NCBI GenBank assembly: GCA_030531095.1
Contig: JAUNOO010000001.1
Location: forward strand, 7,747-71,746
From: Bacteroidales bacterium
GTDB taxonomy: Bacteria; Bacteroidota; Bacteroidia; Bacteroidales; Bacteroidaceae
Length of the DNA: 64,000 nucleotides
Direction: 5' to 3'
The first letter of the stretch is position 1. Each line of letters begins with the position of its first letter. Below the pieces are notes generated by a model. The model saw only the letters and a list, made by a program, of their open reading frames with translations, made no database searches and was not told the origin of the DNA. Below are positions 59,873 through 64,000 of this stretch, one piece after another. Made by a program: the position numbers and the translations under genes.

Positions 59873-62548
59873 ATGAACAAATGGTTCTTAACCTGTATGT
59901 TTGGGCTCGCCGCTTGCGGTCTTGAAGCCCATACGCCCGGCCAATCGTCCACCGCCAGCTTGCGGGAGGGCATAACTGCCGTCGACCAATCCCGCGAAGA
60001 CTTCCTCGCCCGCCGCGCTGACCTCCGCGCCGCCAGCGTTGACTTGGACGCCCTCGCGAAACTCGACGCCGCCACCGATTCCGCCCTCCGTTTCCTCTAC
60101 GCTTATATGCCCTGGCCCGACATGACCGACTACTCGACCAGCTACTACATCGCCCAGACGCAGTGCGCCCTCCGCGCCCGCGCCGAGATGCCGTGGGGAA
60201 AGCAAGTGCCCCAGCGCGAATGGCTCCACTTCGTCCTGCCCGTCCGCGTCAATAACGAGAACCTCGACACCTTCCGCACCGCCATGTACGACGAACTCAA
60301 GCAGCGCGTGCAGGGGCTCTCCATGCGCGACGCCGTGCTCGAAGTGAACCACTGGTGCCACGAATACGTCACCTACAAACCCTCCGACGCCCGCACGTCC
60401 TCGCCCCTTGCCTCGATGCGCACCGCCACTGGCCGCTGCGGCGAGGAAAGTACCTTCACCGTGGCGGCGCTCCGTGCCATAGGCATCCCCGCCCGTCAGG
60501 TCTACACGCCGCGTTGGGCGCACACCGACGACAACCACGCCTGGGTGGAGGCCTGGGTGGACGGAAAATGGTACTTCCTCGGCGCTTGCGAGCCCGAACC
60601 CGTGCTCAATCTGGGGTGGTTCAACCAACCCGCCTCGCGAGGCATGCTGATGCACACTAAGGTCTACGGCCGCTACGACGGTCCCGAGGACGTCATCAGC
60701 CGCACGCCTTGCTACACGGAAATCAACGTCACGTCCAACTACGCCCCCGTGGCGCGGCAGTCGGTAATGGTGCTCGATGCCAACGGGAAACCCGTGGCGG
60801 ACGCCGACGTCGAATTCAAACTCTACAACTACGCTGAACTCTACACCGTGATGCGCACGCGCACCGACAGCGAAGGAGTGGCCTCTATCACTGCCGGACT
60901 GGGCGACCTCGTGGCGTGGGCTGCAAAGGACGGGCGCTACGGACTGACGAAGTTCACCGTAGGCGCTACGCCTATCGTCAAGGTACAACTCACGCACAGC
61001 GCGGGCGAGGCGTTCGAACTCGACCTCAACATCACACCGCCTGCCGGACAGAACAATGTGCCCCAACTCCCCGCTGAGGCTGTGGCTGCCAACGACCGCC
61101 GCAAAGCGCACGAGGACAGCATCCGCACGGCGTACGTCGCCACCTTTGCCGACTCCATCCGCACGGCGGAATTCTGCCAGGCGCAGGGACTCGACTACGC
61201 CACCGTGCGCCCCTTTGTGGAGAAGAGTAAGGGCAACTGGGCGAACGTGTTCAGTTTCCTCACCCGCGCCACCGAGGCGGAAAAGCGTCTGGCGCTCGAC
61301 CTCCTGTCCACACTGAGCGAGAAGGACTTGCACGACTTTGACCTCGCCGTGCTCAACGACCATTTCGCCGCCTGCCGTGCCGCCCGCATCCAGCCCAAGG
61401 CCGACCTCGGCGTGCGCATCGCCAACGAAGGCCTGACGCCTTGGCGCAGCTATTTCCGAAAGGCGTTCAGTCAGTCGGCGCAGGAGCGCTTCCGCGTACA
61501 GCCTGCCGCCCTCGCCGCTTGGATACGTGACAGCGTCGAGACCGACGACGTGTGGAATCCGCAGAGCTATTGCCTCTCGCCCGAGGCGGCACACGCCACC
61601 CGCCGCGCCGACAGCCGTTCCAAGGGACTCCTCTTTGTCGCCGCCGCCCGCGCGCTCGGCATTCCCGCCCGCATCGATGCCGTGACGGGCAAAGTGCAGT
61701 ACCGCCTCATCCCTGCCGACGCTTCCATCTACGACGGCACATGGACCACGGTGACGCTCACCGCCGAGGGCGAAAAACGCGCGCATCAGCCGGCGGCTCA
61801 CCTGACGCTCGACTACACACCGCGTCCGCACATGGAGAATCCGGGCTACTATTACCACTTCACGCTCTCGCGCCTCGTGGACGGCCGTCCCGTCCTCCAG
61901 GAATACGGCGAGACCGACACGTGGCGCGACGACTTCGCCGACGGCGTAAGCCTCGACGCGGCGGACTACCTCCTCACTTCGGGCACGCGTATGGCAGACG
62001 GCAGTGTACTGGCGCACCTCTCTGTCTTCCCCGTACAGAGCGGCGAGCAGCGCACCGCCCAACTTGAAATGCGCGAAGACACAGCGCGCCTGCAAGTCAT
62101 CGGCAACTTCAATTCCGAAAACCTCTACACCGATGCCAACACGGCACGCGAACAGTCCGTCCTCGCCACGACGGGGCGCGGCTATTTCGTCGTGGGACTC
62201 ATCCGCGCCAACCACGAACCGAGCAACCACATCCTGCACGACCTGGAGAAACTGCGTGACGAACTCGAAGCATGGGGTCGCCCCATCGTGCTCATGTTTC
62301 CCACGCAGGACGAGTTGGACCGTTTCAACCAGAACCGCGCCGAGTTCACCAACCTGCCCGCCACCCTCCGCTTCGGCGTGGACAGCAGCGGACAGGTCAG
62401 CGCCGACCTCTTCGGCAGCGGCCTCACCTCATCCTCTGAAATGCCCGTCATCGTCCTCGGCGACACATTCAACCGCGTAGTCTTCATGACCCAAGGCTAC
62501 ACCATCGGCATCGGCGAACAAATCAAACAGGCGCTCCAGAAACTCTGA
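59873..62548 (+). CDS. Exported transglutaminase-like domain protein
   Basis: GRCGEES, GIPARQ, NHAWVE; second degenerate repeat without Cys; start at MNKWFL after TAAATTTG at 59841. Confidence 0.85.
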   Translation: MNKWFLTCMFGLAACGLEAHTPGQSSTASLREGITAVDQSREDFLARRADLRAASVDLDALAKLDAATDSALRFLYAYMPWPDMTDYSTSYYIAQTQCALRARAEMPWGKQVPQREWLHFVLPVRVNNENLDTFRTAMYDELKQRVQGLSMRDAVLEVNHWCHEYVTYKPSDARTSSPLASMRTATGRCGEESTFTVAALRAIGIPARQVYTPRWAHTDDNHAWVEAWVDGKWYFLGACEPEPVLNLGWFNQPASRGMLMHTKVYGRYDGPEDVISRTPCYTEINVTSNYAPVARQSVMVLDANGKPVADADVEFKLYNYAELYTVMRTRTDSEGVASITAGLGDLVAWAAKDGRYGLTKFTVGATPIVKVQLTHSAGEAFELDLNITPPAGQNNVPQLPAEAVAANDRRKAHEDSIRTAYVATFADSIRTAEFCQAQGLDYATVRPFVEKSKGNWANVFSFLTRATEAEKRLALDLLSTLSEKDLHDFDLAVLNDHFAACRAARIQPKADLGVRIANEGLTPWRSYFRKAFSQSAQERFRVQPAALAAWIRDSVETDDVWNPQSYCLSPEAAHATRRADSRSKGLLFVAAARALGIPARIDAVTGKVQYRLIPADASIYDGTWTTVTLTAEGEKRAHQPAAHLTLDYTPRPHMENPGYYYHFTLSRLVDGRPVLQEYGETDTWRDDFADGVSLDAADYLLTSGTRMADGSVLAHLSVFPVQSGEQRTAQLEMREDTARLQVIGNFNSENLYTDANTAREQSVLATTGRGYFVVGLIRANHEPSNHILHDLEKLRDELEAWGRPIVLMFPTQDELDRFNQNRAEFTNLPATLRFGVDSSGQVSADLFGSGLTSSSEMPVIVLGDTFNRVVFMTQGYTIGIGEQIKQALQKL

Positions 62549-62568
62549 ATATTCTGCCGCAGCAAAAA

Positions 62569-62604
62569 ATCAGGCGTACCAACGGGAATCGTGGTACGCC
62601 TGAT
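62569..62604. terminator. Hairpin between convergent genes
   Basis: ATCAGGCGTACCA/TGGTACGCCTGAT perfect stem. Confidence 0.75.
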
Positions 62605-62678
62605 GTTGGTTGTACAAAATCTTTGAATTTGTTTATGGCATAAGTGTTGGCTGTTCGCAAACCTATGCCCGCATTTTG

Positions 62679-63683
62679 CTAAAGTCCGTCTTTCAGCATC
62701 CCGCGACGGAAATTTGTGGATTGACGATATTCTCTCTTCAAATTGTCCGACAGGAAAGAGCGGTCTATCAAACTTTCCGCCAAAGGACTGTCTTGCGAAA
62801 AACGGTCTAACTCTCTTTTTATCAAGTTTTCAGGAAGGCCGATACGCCTTCCAAATTCCATAAAGTCTTTCCTGCCCACTGAGCGCGTGTCGCTCATAGA
62901 CATTCCCTCGCGGAACAACCCTTTTTCGAGCGCAAATATTCTTGGCTCATACAAATGGAGCGACGTGTTAATCAGGTCATAGGCAGGAGAAAGCCAGTAT
63001 TCATCCCCCAAGTTAATCAGAGAGAAATTCTTCAGGTGGGCATCGTCATTCAAAGAAATGAAATTGAACACCACCAGACTGAAAAAGCGAAGCATATCTA
63101 CACGACTGGCTCTGACGTATCGGCTGATGACTTCCGCACATTCTTCATAACTCCCGTTGCAATACTTATAATCGCTGCCGCCATTGGCTTTGGTAAGTCC
63201 CAGCAGGGAAGTGAAATCTTCCTGCTGACATTTCCCCTTCGGCTGCATATCGAAACGGCGCGTAATGTAGGCGGCTTCTCCGTCTGAGAAAAAGCACAGA
63301 CCATTGGCTGCCGTCTCAATACCATACACTTGCGAGGCTATCTGCATGGTCAAATGTTCATTGGCTGCACAATAATTCTTGTTCACCAGATGATAACTGT
63401 TGGGACGGGGCTTCAGCAAGTGGGTGCCCTGCTCACCCTCCTCCGTATAGCGCAAAGACAAATCCGCACCAACCACCATTGAGAATTTGGGCTGTGCACC
63501 GGAAAGGGAAATTCGACCCACATTTTTCAGTGCCTCCTGGGCTTCCCTGTCGTCGTTCGCTGGGCTGTGTACATTCAGACAGTGAGAAACCTTTGCACCG
63601 TCAAAGAGCGCTCTTCTCGCTGCCGGACAGTATGTATCATAGCCTTCGGCTAATGTGGAGGGGCAAACTTTAAGCTGTATCAT
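62679..63683 (-). CDS. HipA-family (HipT-like) kinase toxin
   Basis: ISLSGAQPK loop, ANEHLTM, DAHLKNFS, LSPAYDL. Confidence 0.9.
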   Translation of the reverse strand: MIQLKVCPSTLAEGYDTYCPAARRALFDGAKVSHCLNVHSPANDDREAQEALKNVGRISLSGAQPKFSMVVGADLSLRYTEEGEQGTHLLKPRPNSYHLVNKNYCAANEHLTMQIASQVYGIETAANGLCFFSDGEAAYITRRFDMQPKGKCQQEDFTSLLGLTKANGGSDYKYCNGSYEECAEVISRYVRASRVDMLRFFSLVVFNFISLNDDAHLKNFSLINLGDEYWLSPAYDLINTSLHLYEPRIFALEKGLFREGMSMSDTRSVGRKDFMEFGRRIGLPENLIKRELDRFSQDSPLAESLIDRSFLSDNLKREYRQSTNFRRGMLKDGL

Positions 63684-64000
63684 GACATCACGCTTTTTAC
63701 AGTTACAGCCCCTATCGTATCCGTGTGGGCAGTGGCGAGCAGAATGCCGAAATCATCCTCTGGAGATATACGCAAAAGCCTTGCCTGCATCTGGCGGTTC
63801 TCCCCCTCAGAAAGCATACTGAAAAAGAAGGGGAAAAGATGGTCCGAACGATAGGGCTCTTCCCGCAAAGGCAAGGTCAGACTGACAGGAGGGTTGCCCT
63901 CGTCCTTCAAATAGGACTGGTCGTAGGCAAACACGTATTCCATGTTGTCAAGCTCTGCCAGTTCGCCGGCTTTTACGCCATGCACATAAACTTCACCTTT
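63680..64000 (-). CDS. HipA N-terminal domain protein (HipS-like); 5' end beyond window
   Basis: Frame is open to window edge (KGEVYVHGVKAGEL); SLTLP, LFPFF..LSEG, DTIGAVTV. Confidence 0.85.
   Translation of the reverse strand, partial: KGEVYVHGVKAGELAELDNMEYVFAYDQSYLKDEGNPPVSLTLPLREEPYRSDHLFPFFFSMLSEGENRQMQARLLRISPEDDFGILLATAHTDTIGAVTVKSVMS

Overview
Chromosomal window from a Bacteroidales (Prevotellaceae-like) genome, judged from TAnnTTTG promoters, mostly SD-less start codons, fusA followed directly by rpsJ with no tuf, and T9SS-type C-terminal tails. 4.8-23.0 kb is the complete str-S10-spc-alpha ribosomal superoperon (rpsL to rplQ, with secY, map, infA, rpoA; rpmD and rpmJ are missing from the ORF track). 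It is flanked by large secreted proteins with T9SS-like tails: one at 1.35-4.2 kb, then three tandem Ig-repeat paralogs, an F5/8-domain protein and a PI-PLC at 23.3-37.9 kb. The best candidate for an undescribed system is a recurring cassette of large secreted protein + 53-55 aa peptide + terminator, seen three times. The peptides have a conserved YIxPTSE(I/V)INLxPExMLAxS N-terminus, a variable middle and a conserved SN..GW(D/N)SxxW..EE tail. The right half holds a Cus-type metal RND efflux operon, an esterase, a Tat-signal EFR1 flavodoxin/ferredoxin, an orphan HicB-like gene, a 120-bp MITE, a PurF lacking the N-terminal Cys, MATE, cytidylate kinase-like, metallophosphoesterase, TetR, DUF3828-like, a multidomain GH31, a transglutaminase-like protein and a split HipA (HipST-like) module. 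Two dispersed intergenic repeat families are also present. All calls come from reading the sequence; no searches were run.
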